A stretch of 64,000 nt of DNA from Vicinamibacterales bacterium (GCA_965207615.1 CBDBMZ010000003.1:4077855-4141854), one strand, 5' to 3'. Shown: positions 9,680 through 18,975, counted from the first letter of the stretch. Program-made: numbers and translations. Notes: generated by a model not told the origin, from the letters alone.

Positions 9680-10738
9680 TCAGTCCCCTCCCCCTCCGGA
9701 CACCGTCCCCGGCGTCGACGCCGTGTCCGGCCCGCTTTCCTCCTTCTCGCGCGGCGGGCTCGCCGGCACGATGAACTCGGCCACGACCGTGAACGGCCCC
9801 TTGGCGTTCGCCCGGCCCATGAAGCACGCCTCGCCCAGGGTCAGGCCCTCGCTCTCGAGGAAGTCCCGCAGCGTCCGCTCCCAGTCCTCCCCGAAGTCCA
9901 GCCCGAAGGCCATCCCCTCGTCCGTGTAGTCGAGGGTCTTCCTCACCAGCTTCCCGCGGGCGAGCCGCACGAACCGCTCCGCGTAGACGTCGGCCACCAG
10001 CACGCTGCCCGGCGCGGAACCCTCGCGGGCGCCCCGCAGCGTCCGCCGCACGTCGTCCTCGCTCAGGTAGAGGGTCACCCCCTCCCAGAGAAACGCCGTC
10101 GTTCGCCCCGGGTCGTAGCCGCTCGCGGCCAGCTTGTCGAACGCATCCTCCCGGCTGAAGTCGACCGGCACGAAGGTGACGCCCGATGTCTCGATTCCCG
10201 CCTCGGCCAGCTTGGACCGCTTCAACGCCTGGACCCGCGGATGGTCCACCTCGAAGCAGGCCACGCCGTCGGGGACGAGGGGGCCGCAGGCCCGGGTGTC
10301 GTGTCCGGCCCCCAGCAGCACGAACTGCTCGACCTCGGGCAGCACGCGGCCGAGGATCCGGTCGAAGTAGAGCGTCCGGGCGATGACGAGGTCGGCCATC
10401 GTCTCGGCTCCGTTCGCCGGCGGCAGGCGCGGATACGCGAAGTACTCGCCGCTCAGCTTGTGCTTGACCCACAGCGGGAACAGGAAGAGCTGCAGCCCCA
10501 GGATGGACGAGTTGGGCAGGACGCCGAGCAGGCTCACCGTCGCCGGGTCGGGCCGCATCCCGAACCAGTCCATGGTCCAGCGCCCGTTGATGACCTCGAT
10601 GGCCGTCGCAGAGCTGCCCAGCCGCCGGCTGACGACGAGTTGCCGATACGAGACCATCAGCGTCCCCAGCACCGCCAGCGGCAGGAAGACGACCTGGAGA
10701 ACGACGAAGACGACCCAGGCGATCAGGCGCATGAACAT
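9680..10738 (-). CDS. membrane-anchored class I SAM-dependent methyltransferase (LCM / TIGR00027-like)
   Basis: N-terminal hydrophobic helices followed by the VLLGAGHDTR SAM-binding motif and FLWEGVTLYL. Confidence 0.75.
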   Translation of the reverse strand: MFMRLIAWVVFVVLQVVFLPLAVLGTLMVSYRQLVVSRRLGSSATAIEVINGRWTMDWFGMRPDPATVSLLGVLPNSSILGLQLFLFPLWVKHKLSGEYFAYPRLPPANGAETMADLVIARTLYFDRILGRVLPEVEQFVLLGAGHDTRACGPLVPDGVACFEVDHPRVQALKRSKLAEAGIETSGVTFVPVDFSREDAFDKLAASGYDPGRTTAFLWEGVTLYLSEDDVRRTLRGAREGSAPGSVLVADVYAERFVRLARGKLVRKTLDYTDEGMAFGLDFGEDWERTLRDFLESEGLTLGEACFMGRANAKGPFTVVAEFIVPASPPREKEESGPDTASTPGTVSGGGGD

Positions 10739-10796
10739 CGCCGGAGCATACCGTATGCGCGGGGTCGCGCGGCTCGCGCCACGGGGGGCGGCGGTC

Positions 10797-11081
10797 TCAC
10801 CAAGGCTCCCAGGCCTCGTCGAGGCGGCGGATCGCGTCACCCCGCCTCGCCATAGGCGGACGCGGGATCATCGAGGGCGGGAAGCGACTCCAGGCGGGTT
10901 CGTCGGGGCGGGGATCGAGACCGCGGCGCGCGAGTCTCGACAGGACCTCGCCGACGCTGACGTGCTCGTCGTCGGCGATGCACCGCGCCGCTTCCAGCAC
11001 GTCGTCGTCGATCTGCAGGGTGGTTCGCACGAGCCGTACGTAGCGACGATCGGATGCGCGGTTCGGATGGCGTGTGGTCAT
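10797..11081 (-). CDS. VapB-type (ribbon-helix-helix-like) antitoxin homologue with no adjacent toxin
   Basis: GGAGG RBS. RTTLQIDDDVLEAARCIADDEHVSVGEVLSRLARRGL matches the TLxIDDDLLxxAxxxA...S.GEVIS.LAR pattern of VapB antitoxins. Confidence 0.65.
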   Translation of the reverse strand: MTTRHPNRASDRRYVRLVRTTLQIDDDVLEAARCIADDEHVSVGEVLSRLARRGLDPRPDEPAWSRFPPSMIPRPPMARRGDAIRRLDEAWEPW

Positions 11082-11515
11082 GGTGATCCTCCGGCCATGC
11101 CACCCCTGCATCGCGCGTGCCAGCGCCGCGGGTCCGCCCTGCCGCGGAACGCGTCCACTCGGCGAGATCCGGCTGGCACCCGTTGCCAGCCGCCACCGTG
11201 CGAGGGAACGCAGGTGCTGCAACCATCGCCGTGGCGGGCACCGGCCACACCTCGCGCGAACGGGTGCGGAACCGCACCCACACCCGGACGAGAGCCGAAC
11301 GGTGTCGGGACCCCGCAGAAGAGCCCGTAACGAGAAGGGCCGGGCCTCGGCGGCCGTGGCGACCACCCCCTCTCAAGACGACAGCACCGCACCGTACCCC
11401 GACGGTAGCGGGGCCGCCCGGCGTTCGGACGAACGCGCCCGCACAAAGAACGGCCGGACCCTCGTCAGAGAGCCCGGCCGTGTGGATCGAAGCCGGCCGA
11501 GGTCCGAGCGCCCGC

Positions 11516-11947
11516 CTAGTCGTCGTCCGCCAGCTCCTCGCGCTCGGCGACCATCCGGTCGTACTCGTCCTGCTCGATATAGGTGACGTCCACCCACGCG
11601 TGGGCCATCTCGTCGACGGTGCGTGAGCCGTTGCCGACCCACTGGCGCGGATCCGGGTTCTCGCGGTTGCCGGTCGAGTTGTCGTGCCACGCGGTGACCA
11701 CGATCATCGTGCCCCCGGGCAGCAGCGGCGCCACGTCCTCGTCGTAGACGTAGTTGATGTGCCAGTTCCACCGGAAGTTGTCGACGTTGCTCAGCATCCG
11801 TCGCGTGCCGTCGGGCAGCACCGCCTCCATCGACATCGCCTTGCCGCGCATGTGCATGTGCGGCTGGTAGTTCTCGAGGCGGATCGCACGACCGGCCGAC
11901 CGCGGTTCGCAGACGCGACGCCGGGGTGAACGGACACGCCCGTTCAT
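11516..11947 (-). CDS. copper-monooxygenase C-terminal-domain-like fragment, probably 5'-truncated
   Basis: HMHMRGK (HxH) and a later DEMAH resemble the CuM half of PHM/DBH-type monooxygenases. There is no signal peptide or N-terminal domain. Only 32 nt separate it from the upstream gene. Confidence 0.4.
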   Translation of the reverse strand: MNGRVRSPRRRVCEPRSAGRAIRLENYQPHMHMRGKAMSMEAVLPDGTRRMLSNVDNFRWNWHINYVYDEDVAPLLPGGTMIVVTAWHDNSTGNRENPDPRQWVGNGSRTVDEMAHAWVDVTYIEQDEYDRMVAEREELADDD

Positions 11948-11979
11948 CGGCCGACCACGCCGGCAGCGCGGCCGCGGAA

Positions 11980-13305
11980 TCAGTCGCCGACCACTGCCCG
12001 ATAGACGAGGCTGCGCGACAGCCGCTGCACCTCGCCGATCGCCCCGCCGTTATTCTGGATCATCCCCACGAACGTCAGGTCCTCCGCCGGGTCGACCCAG
12101 AACCACGTGCCGGCGATGCCGATCCAGTAGTAGGAGCCGGTGGACCACGACTCGCCCGACATGGGGCCGTCGGTCACCACCGAGAAGTTCAGCCCCCACC
12201 CCTGGCCCGGCCGCCGATAGGTGCCCTGCTGCTCGTCCGTGAGGTGGTTGGCCGCCATCAACTCCACCGAGCGGGGGGCGAGCAGGCGCACCCCGCCGAG
12301 CTCGCCGCCGTTCAGCAGCATCTGGGCGAACCGGATGTAGTCGGGGGCGGTCCCGTACAGCCCGCCGCCGCCCGACGGACCCGCGAGGGGCGCGTTCGGC
12401 GCCTGCGCGCCGCCCGGCGGGGCCATCAGCTTGCCGTCGGGGCCGGGCGTGTGGCGCGCGGCCAGCCGGTGCATCTTGTCCGGGGGCACGTGGAACGCGG
12501 TGTCGACCATGCCCAGCGGCCCGAAGATGCGCTCCTCGAGGAACTCGTCGAGCGGCTGGCCGGAGATCACCTCGACCAGGTATCCCTGCACGTCGACCGA
12601 GATGCTGTACGCCCACTCGGTGCCCGGCTGCGACAGCAGGGGAATCTGCACCAGCTTGTCGATCATCGTCTCGAGCGGGGCCCCGGTGTCGAGGACCCGG
12701 CCGTCGATGATGGCCCGGTTCACGGGGTGGCGCGGGTTGAGGACGTAGCCCAGCCCCGCGGTGTGGCGCATGAGGTCGCGCATGGTGATGCGCCGCCCGC
12801 GCTCGACGGGCTCGACCTGCACGACGCCGTCCTCGTCGACGCCGGTGTAGACCTCGAGATCGGCGAACCCGGGGATGAACCTCGACACCGGGTCGTCGAG
12901 CTGCCACCGGCCCTCCTCGTGCAGCATCATGAGGGCGGTGCCGACGACCGGCTTGGTCATCGAGAAGATGCGGAAGATGGAGTCGAGCTCGACCGGGTCG
13001 TCCTTGCCGACGTCGAGCCTGCCCACCGTGTCGGTGAAGACGACCTTGCCGTGCCGCGCCAGCATGGTGACGATGCCCGCGAGCCTCCCGTCGTCGACCA
13101 TCGCCTGCATGCCCGCGTCGAGCCGCTCGAGGCGCTCGGGGGAGACCCCGACCGACGCCGGGTCGGCGACCGCGAGGTCGCGCGCCGCCTCGGCCTCGAC
13201 GGCGGCCGCCGGCACGGCGTGAAGCGACTGGTAGCCGACGACGAGGGCCGCCACCGCCGCGAGCCCGAACAGGAAAGACCGCCACCGATTCAACCTGTCA
13301 TTCAC
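11980..13305 (-). CDS. serine hydrolase, beta-lactamase/penicillin-binding family
   Basis: SMTK (SxxK) active-site motif. Membrane anchor WRSFLFGLAAVAALVVGY. GTG start at 13305 with GGAGGA 7 nt upstream. Confidence 0.85.
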   Translation of the reverse strand: MNDRLNRWRSFLFGLAAVAALVVGYQSLHAVPAAAVEAEAARDLAVADPASVGVSPERLERLDAGMQAMVDDGRLAGIVTMLARHGKVVFTDTVGRLDVGKDDPVELDSIFRIFSMTKPVVGTALMMLHEEGRWQLDDPVSRFIPGFADLEVYTGVDEDGVVQVEPVERGRRITMRDLMRHTAGLGYVLNPRHPVNRAIIDGRVLDTGAPLETMIDKLVQIPLLSQPGTEWAYSISVDVQGYLVEVISGQPLDEFLEERIFGPLGMVDTAFHVPPDKMHRLAARHTPGPDGKLMAPPGGAQAPNAPLAGPSGGGGLYGTAPDYIRFAQMLLNGGELGGVRLLAPRSVELMAANHLTDEQQGTYRRPGQGWGLNFSVVTDGPMSGESWSTGSYYWIGIAGTWFWVDPAEDLTFVGMIQNNGGAIGEVQRLSRSLVYRAVVGD

Positions 13306-13400
13306 GTGCTGCTCCTCCAGGGCTGGAACCCGGTCTGCGGTCGACGGACGACGCGCCGCACCCGCACCGACAACGGTCATCCGGAACGACACCGGCGGGA

Positions 13401-13712
13401 CGCGGCCCTCCGCGCCCGACATCGGGTTGTAGACTCAATAGACGATCACGAACGATCCCTCGTCGCGAGCGACGACGGTGGGCACGCTCCGCGCCGGAAT
13501 CGGCGCCTGCCCGCGGCCCGTCTCGCCGAGGGGACGGCCGCGCACGTCGAACCCCCGCGGCCCTCCGCGCCCGCATCGTGGTTGCGGACTTCAATAGACG
13601 ATCACGAACGATCCCTCGTCGCGAGCGACGACGGTGGGCACGCTCCGCGCCGGAATCGGCGCCTGCCCGCGACCCGTCTCGCCGAGGGGACGGCCGCGGA
13701 CGTCGAACCCCT
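13401..13712. repeat. tandem duplication of a 156-bp unit covering the 3' end of the BNR-like gene
   Basis: 13435-13555 and 13591-13711 differ at only 2 of 121 positions. The preceding ~34 nt of each unit are similar but more diverged. Confidence 0.9.
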
Positions 13713-14727
13713 GCCAGTGCAGGTTGCCCCCCGACTGAAAGCCGGGCCCGTCCCCCCAGGCGAGCAGGACATCGCCGCGGTGGTTGACGGCCACCGTCGC
13801 GTTCTTGCGCCGGAACTGCGCCTCACCCGGCGGCGACCACGGCTCGTCGAGCCGCTCGGCGTTCGCGACGTAGACCTGCCCCTCGGTCTCCCACGCCACC
13901 AGCGTGCCGTCGGGGCCGGTGGCGAGGGTGGTGGTGGCGACCGGGCACGCGCCGATGTCCCAGGGCTGGATGAGCCGGTCGCCGAAGGTGCGACCGCCGT
14001 CGGTGCTGGTGAGCAGCCGCATGCCCCGGCGCACGTTGTCGCCGGCCCCGCGATAGGACACGTGGACGGCGCCCGCCCCGTCGGCCGCCGCCCGCAGGCC
14101 GCAGCAGCCGCATGCCCCCTCGGCGGCGGGGCCGACGGGCCGCGGCGGGGCGAAGTGCTTCCCGTTGTCGCGAGACGCCGCGAGGTAGACGCGGCGGTCG
14201 GCGTCCTGGACCGGATCGGCGTGCCACAAGACGTAGACGTCGCCGCCGGCGCCCACCGCGACGGTGGGGCCGGCCTCCACGCCGCCTTCCTCCCGGGCCG
14301 AGAGCGTCTGCTGGGGCTCGAACGCGCCCGTGTCGTCGGTGCGCGTGTAGTGGAACCACGTGGGGTCGTGGTGGAACCAGGTCACGTGCAGGCGGCCGTC
14401 GGGCCCGATGGCGAGCTGCCCCCCGTCCACCGGCCCGAGGCCCGTGACCGAGTACGGCTCGCTGTTCACCCGTTGCCGCGCCGACCAGTCGGCCGCCCCC
14501 GGCGCCCGGGTGACATGCCACAGGTCGCCCCTGGTCATCGACCCCGTGTAGTAGACGAGGTGCAGCCGCCCGTCGCCGTCGACCGCGGCCTGGGGCAGGC
14601 TGGCCCCGTCGGGGGCGCGCAGCACCTCGACGGCCGGACCCCCGCCGCCACAGGCGGCCGCCAGGGCCGCGGCGAGCGCGAGCCCGCCGAGCCCGCCCCG
14701 AAACCTCGCGTTGCGGGAAGGTCTCAT
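13591..14727 (-). CDS. BNR/Asp-box (sialidase-fold) lipoprotein
   Basis: Lipobox LAAACGG. Asp-boxes SRDNGKHF and STDGGRTF. The start ATG overlaps the upstream stop (ATGA). Confidence 0.75.
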   Translation of the reverse strand: MRPSRNARFRGGLGGLALAAALAAACGGGGPAVEVLRAPDGASLPQAAVDGDGRLHLVYYTGSMTRGDLWHVTRAPGAADWSARQRVNSEPYSVTGLGPVDGGQLAIGPDGRLHVTWFHHDPTWFHYTRTDDTGAFEPQQTLSAREEGGVEAGPTVAVGAGGDVYVLWHADPVQDADRRVYLAASRDNGKHFAPPRPVGPAAEGACGCCGLRAAADGAGAVHVSYRGAGDNVRRGMRLLTSTDGGRTFGDRLIQPWDIGACPVATTTLATGPDGTLVAWETEGQVYVANAERLDEPWSPPGEAQFRRKNATVAVNHRGDVLLAWGDGPGFQSGGNLHWQGFDVRGRPLGETGRGQAPIPARSVPTVVARDEGSFVIVY

Positions 14728-15743
14728 GGTGCGATCAGGCCCGCTTCCTGGAGACGGGCGCCCCGCAGCGTGTGCTCGAGGGCGTAGTTCCCCTCGTGGC
14801 ACGCGAACTCGTAGATCACGCCGGTCCCCGGCGCCGGTCGCATGTAGATGCGCGCCGTCCAGGGCCGCGTCCAGGTGCCCGGGTCTTCCATCGTGTACTC
14901 GTAGGCGAGGGTGTCGGGACCGACCCGGGTGAAGCGCTCGACCAGACGCAGGTCCGGGGTCGATCCCCCGCCCCCCCGCTTCAGGTTCGTCGTCTCCACC
15001 ACCAGCGTGTCCCCCTCCCAATGGCCGCGTGACACGCCGAGGTCGCCGCGGAGCGCGGTCGCGGGGGCCGGGGCGTCGAGGGGGATGATGCGTGTGTCGT
15101 GCATCATCTCCATCTGAATCACGACGTGGCCGGCCGTCTGCAGGATCTGGTAGTTGCTGTTGTAGCCGCGGCCGGTCATGGGGATGCGTCCGCCGCTGCA
15201 ACGCAGCCCCGCCCCGAGGTCCTCGGGCCCCCGCGGGAAGGGCGGGCGCTCGCGGTCGCCCGCCGCCGCACGCCGCCGCTCGGCCGCCGCGGTCAGGGCG
15301 GGCAGGCGGCCGTCCGGGGGATCGACGATGAGCGACGTCCGGTTGTCGAACCAGCGGTCGATCAGCCAGAAATGGTTGTAGTTGCCGGTCCCCTCGGGGT
15401 TCGCCTCGGTCACCCCGTCGCCCGACTGGAAGTCCGTGCGGTCGGCCAGGGCGGCCCGGAACACGCTCTCGCCGAACGCCGCGTCGGTCTCGCCGTTGAA
15501 CAGCTCGGCCGCGCGAGAGCGGAGGGTCGCCACCTCCTCGTCGGTCAGGAACGCCTTGTCGGCGAGCTCGGCCGGGCGCTCGAGGGGCGTTGCCGAGTCG
15601 CTCGCCCAGATGCCCTGCAGATCCGGATGACCGTCCGCCGTGCGCGGGACGGTCCATCCGTCCGGCGCCGGCCCCTGTCCCGCCACCACCGCCGGGACGG
15701 CCAGCACGAGCGCCACCGCCGCCGCGAAGCTCCTCCTGTTCAT
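14724..15743 (-). CDS. secreted conserved hypothetical protein
   Basis: Signal peptide MNRRSFAAAVALVLAVPAVVAGQ. GGGAGGGG RBS. High third-position GC. Translationally coupled to the downstream BNR-like gene. Confidence 0.7.
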   Translation of the reverse strand: MNRRSFAAAVALVLAVPAVVAGQGPAPDGWTVPRTADGHPDLQGIWASDSATPLERPAELADKAFLTDEEVATLRSRAAELFNGETDAAFGESVFRAALADRTDFQSGDGVTEANPEGTGNYNHFWLIDRWFDNRTSLIVDPPDGRLPALTAAAERRRAAAGDRERPPFPRGPEDLGAGLRCSGGRIPMTGRGYNSNYQILQTAGHVVIQMEMMHDTRIIPLDAPAPATALRGDLGVSRGHWEGDTLVVETTNLKRGGGGSTPDLRLVERFTRVGPDTLAYEYTMEDPGTWTRPWTARIYMRPAPGTGVIYEFACHEGNYALEHTLRGARLQEAGLIAP

Positions 15744-15829
15744 GGGCCCCTCCCAGAAACCGGGGTTGCACGCGAACCCGTGGATCACCCAACCATAGTA
15801 CGGGTGCACCCGCCGGCGCAAGCGCCCGT

Positions 15830-16414
15830 TCAGCCCACGGCATGGAGCCGCCGGCGCTTCCGGATCCATCGCAGCCCCAGGTAGACGAGCACCCCCAGCG
15901 CGAGCGCCGCACCGATGGCGGGATAGTGCCGCTGCAGGGTCTCGACCGCCCGGTCGCCGAGACGGACGGCCAGGTACGCCTCGCCGGTGAACCTGATCAT
16001 GCGGCCGACGAAGATCGCGCCCGCGAAGCGGGTCCACGACATGCCGACGATGCCGGCAACGAGCATGAACACCTTCGCGGGGAACGGCGGCGGCGCGAGG
16101 ACCGCGACCAGCATGGCGAAGATGTCGTTCTCGCGGACCCTCCGGGTGACCCACTCGCGCTTCCCGGGGTCGAGGCGGCGGACCGCACGGTCTCCGCCGG
16201 TGCGTCCGATCCGGTAGAGGACCAGGCAGCCCAGCGTCGACCCCGTCGACGCGGCCAGGGCGATCCACACGAACAGCGACGGCTGCTGCCAGGCCAGCAG
16301 CAGCACCACCAGGTCGACCCCGCCGGGCAGGGGAACGCCGGCCGAGTCGAGAAAGGCGATGAGGAAGAGCCCGGGGATGCCCAGGGCGAGGAGGCTGTCG
16401 CGGAGTCCGTCCAT
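15830..16414 (-). CDS. DedA/YqaA-family membrane protein
   Basis: LFLIAFLDSAGVPLPGGVDLVVLLL and multiple TM helices typical of SNARE-associated/DedA proteins. Confidence 0.8.
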   Translation of the reverse strand: MDGLRDSLLALGIPGLFLIAFLDSAGVPLPGGVDLVVLLLAWQQPSLFVWIALAASTGSTLGCLVLYRIGRTGGDRAVRRLDPGKREWVTRRVRENDIFAMLVAVLAPPPFPAKVFMLVAGIVGMSWTRFAGAIFVGRMIRFTGEAYLAVRLGDRAVETLQRHYPAIGAALALGVLVYLGLRWIRKRRRLHAVG

Positions 16415-16694
16415 GACTGGCGGGATGGCTTGCCGATGCCCGGTGGGACGCGAATCGAACCGCCGGAACCGGGATTATAGTCCGCCGCCGGAGTTGCGCC
16501 CCCGCCCGGCTTTGCCTTTCGACCCCTGCGCCTGATAAGCTGTAGCGACAGACTCGGACATATAGATCGGCCCGTGGTGGGCATCCCCATCCATCGAGCC
16601 GGCAGGTTTCCAACCGCTCTACCCTCAGCGCGTCACTCTCGACAGACCTGCCGTCTGCTCAGGCCGATCCGCACCCCTTCCAAGGAGGTGACGA

Positions 16695-16955
16695 TTGGCA
16701 ACTCGTGGACGACCGACACAGCAGAAGCGGCAGCGTGAACGCGCCCGGCAGGAACAGCGCAAGCTGAAGGACGCGAGGCGGGCGGAAGCCAAGGAACGCC
16801 GCGCGCAGGCGGCGACGCAACCACGCGCAGGCGGCGACCCGGACCTGGAGGGCATCGTCGCGGGGCCCCAGCCCCTGGCCGAGTGGCAGGTGGAGGGTCT
16901 GGCCACCTTCGAGGAGGCCGAGGAGTCTGCGGACGAGCCGGGGCAGAACGGCTGA
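16695..16955 (+). CDS. small highly basic protein (Arg/Lys/Gln-rich N-terminus, acidic C-terminus)
   Basis: AAGGAGG RBS 6 nt before the TTG start. High GC3. Followed by a hairpin. Confidence 0.55.
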   Translation: MATRGRPTQQKRQRERARQEQRKLKDARRAEAKERRAQAATQPRAGGDPDLEGIVAGPQPLAEWQVEGLATFEEAEESADEPGQNG

Positions 16956-16956
16956 G

Positions 16957-16980
16957 GCCGCGGGCGGTTCGGCCCGCGGC
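16957..16980 (+). terminator. 9-bp GC hairpin (GCCGCGGGC-ggttcg-GCCCGCGGC) after the small basic gene
   Basis: Perfect inverted repeat immediately after the stop codon. There is no T tract. Confidence 0.4.
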
Positions 16981-17216
16981 GGTTGCCCCGGCGGGGAGCC
17001 GTGGCCGGCGCCGGCGCCGGGAAGACACCCCGAGACGCGACCCGGCGCTCCCGCCCGAGCCCCCCCGCTGCTCGGGCAGCGGGCGAACCGAAACGGGCGC
17101 GGCAACGTCCAAGCGAAGTATACTGAGCGATTGTATCCCGGACGCGGACCCGGCCCGATCCGGCCGGCCAGGACGGACCGTCCACCAACCGGAGAAGACG
17201 GAGGAAGACACCAACG

Positions 17217-17573
17217 ATGGCCTCGGAACACACGAAGACCCTCACCGACGGCGATTTCCAGCAGGCGGTGCTTCAGTCGGACAAACCGGTGCTGGTGGAC
17301 TTCTGGGCGGAGTGGTGCGGCCCGTGCCGCATGATTGCCCCCGCCGTCGACGCGCTCGCCGACGAGTACAACGGCCGCGCCGTCGTGGGCAAGCTGAACA
17401 TCGACGACAACCCTGACACGCCCATGAAGTACAGCGTGCGCTCGATTCCCACCCTGCTGCTCTTCAAGGGCGGCGAGGTGGTGGAGGCGACGGTCGGCGT
17501 GGCCGGCAAGGACAAGTTGGCCGAGCTGCTCGACCGGCACGTGGAGGCGAAGGTCGCGCAGGAGTCCGCGTAG
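17217..17573 (+). CDS. trxA: thioredoxin
   Basis: WCGPC active site and full-length similarity to TrxA (VLVDFWAEWCGPCRMIAP...IPTLLLFKGGE). Confidence 0.95.
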   Translation: MASEHTKTLTDGDFQQAVLQSDKPVLVDFWAEWCGPCRMIAPAVDALADEYNGRAVVGKLNIDDNPDTPMKYSVRSIPTLLLFKGGEVVEATVGVAGKDKLAELLDRHVEAKVAQESA

Positions 17574-17652
17574 GAGCCTGCGCCGTGGAACGGCGCGGAC
17601 TCCTGGAGGTTGGTTGGGCGCCCAGCGGAGCCGAAGGCGACGATGGGCGGGC
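17559..17652 (+). repeat. hairpin-plus-tail intergenic element, copy 1
   Basis: 12-bp perfect stem CAGGAGTCCGCG/CGCGGACTCCTG (17559-17605). It is followed by a tail (17598-17652) that recurs at 38978-39034 with 3 differences. Confidence 0.8.
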
Positions 17653-17820
17653 GAGGAAGGCGCCGCATCCGGAGGCTTCGATCCGTGCCGGGTCGGCGGC
17701 CGGGCGGATCGGGGCCGCGGACGACTATCTCCGGGCCGGGACTCGGCCCCGCCCATCCCCGTGTACGACGAGAGCGAGGGCCGGGTCCGACAACGGTCCG
17801 GGATTTCGCAGGACGTCGTC

Positions 17821-18975
17821 ATGTCACACGAGCTCAATCGGCGCGGTCATCATCCGGCCGCGCGCAGCCTCGCGGCGACCGCCCTTCTCGCCGTCGCGGC
17901 GGGCGGATGCACGTTCGAGCTGGTCCCGGCCAACGCCGCCGGCGAGCCCGGCGAGGCCCGGCCGGTGCTCGCGGCGCAGCGCGGCCCGGCGCCCGAGCCC
18001 TACACGGACCTCCGGCCGGACGAGCAGGCGATCGTCGATCTCTTCGAGGGCACCAGCCCGTCGGTCGTCTACATCAGCACCGTCACTCGCCGCCGCGATA
18101 TCTTCGGGCGCTCCACGGGCGAGGTGCCGCTGAGCACGGGAACCGGGTTCGTCTGGGACCGGGACGGCCACGTCGTCACGAATGCGCACGTGCTGCAGGG
18201 AGCGTCGAACGCACGCGTGGTCATGCACGACCAGACCAGCTACATGGCGGAGTACGTCGGACGGTCGGACCGACACGACCTGGCAGTGCTGCGGGTCGAC
18301 GCTCCCGCGCCGTCGCTACGCCAGGTCCGACTGGGCGACAGCGACCGGGTGCGCGTCGGACAGAGCGTCTATGCCATCGGAAACCCCTTCGGCTACAGCG
18401 CCACGCTGACCACCGGGATCATCTCGGCCCTCAGCCGCCAGATCCAGGGCCTGACCGGAGACATCATCGAGGACGTCATCCAGGTCGACGCGGCCATCAA
18501 CACCGGCAACTCCGGCGGTCCCCTCCTCGACAGCCGCGGCCGGGTGATCGGCATCAACAGCCAGATCGCGAGCCCGTCGGGCACCTCCGCCGGCATCGGC
18601 TTCGCCATTCCCGTCAACACGGTGACGCGGGTCGTGCCGCAGTTGATCGCCCATGGCGAGTACACCCCGGCCCGAATCGGCATTTCGACGGAACAGCGCC
18701 TGAGCGGCTATGTGACCAGGCGGTTGGGTGTGGACGGGGTGCTCATCACCGAGGTCACCCCGGAGTCCGGGGCGGACCGGGTCGGCTTGCGCGGCACGGA
18801 CCCGAACGCCGACCAGGTCGGCGACATCATCGTCCGCATCGAGGGCGAACCGGTGCAGTCGCTGCGCGACCTGCGCCTCGTGCTCGATCGGTACGAACCG
18901 GGCGACGAGGTCGAGGTGACCATCTACCGCTACCGCGACGGCGACATGCAGGACGTCGTCGTCCCGCTGATGTAG
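17821..18975 (+). CDS. HtrA/DegP-family serine protease with one PDZ domain
   Basis: Catalytic triad context TNAHV, DLAVL and GNSGGPL. C-terminal PDZ (GVLITEV...GDIIVRIEG). Confidence 0.9.
   Translation: MSHELNRRGHHPAARSLAATALLAVAAGGCTFELVPANAAGEPGEARPVLAAQRGPAPEPYTDLRPDEQAIVDLFEGTSPSVVYISTVTRRRDIFGRSTGEVPLSTGTGFVWDRDGHVVTNAHVLQGASNARVVMHDQTSYMAEYVGRSDRHDLAVLRVDAPAPSLRQVRLGDSDRVRVGQSVYAIGNPFGYSATLTTGIISALSRQIQGLTGDIIEDVIQVDAAINTGNSGGPLLDSRGRVIGINSQIASPSGTSAGIGFAIPVNTVTRVVPQLIAHGEYTPARIGISTEQRLSGYVTRRLGVDGVLITEVTPESGADRVGLRGTDPNADQVGDIIVRIEGEPVQSLRDLRLVLDRYEPGDEVEVTIYRYRDGDMQDVVVPLM

Noticed and set aside
16415-16694. A structured non-coding RNA in the 280-nt spacer between DedA and the small basic protein gene.
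   Set aside because: I see no recognisable conserved RNA motif or strong extended helices. This is better left to covariance-model scanning.
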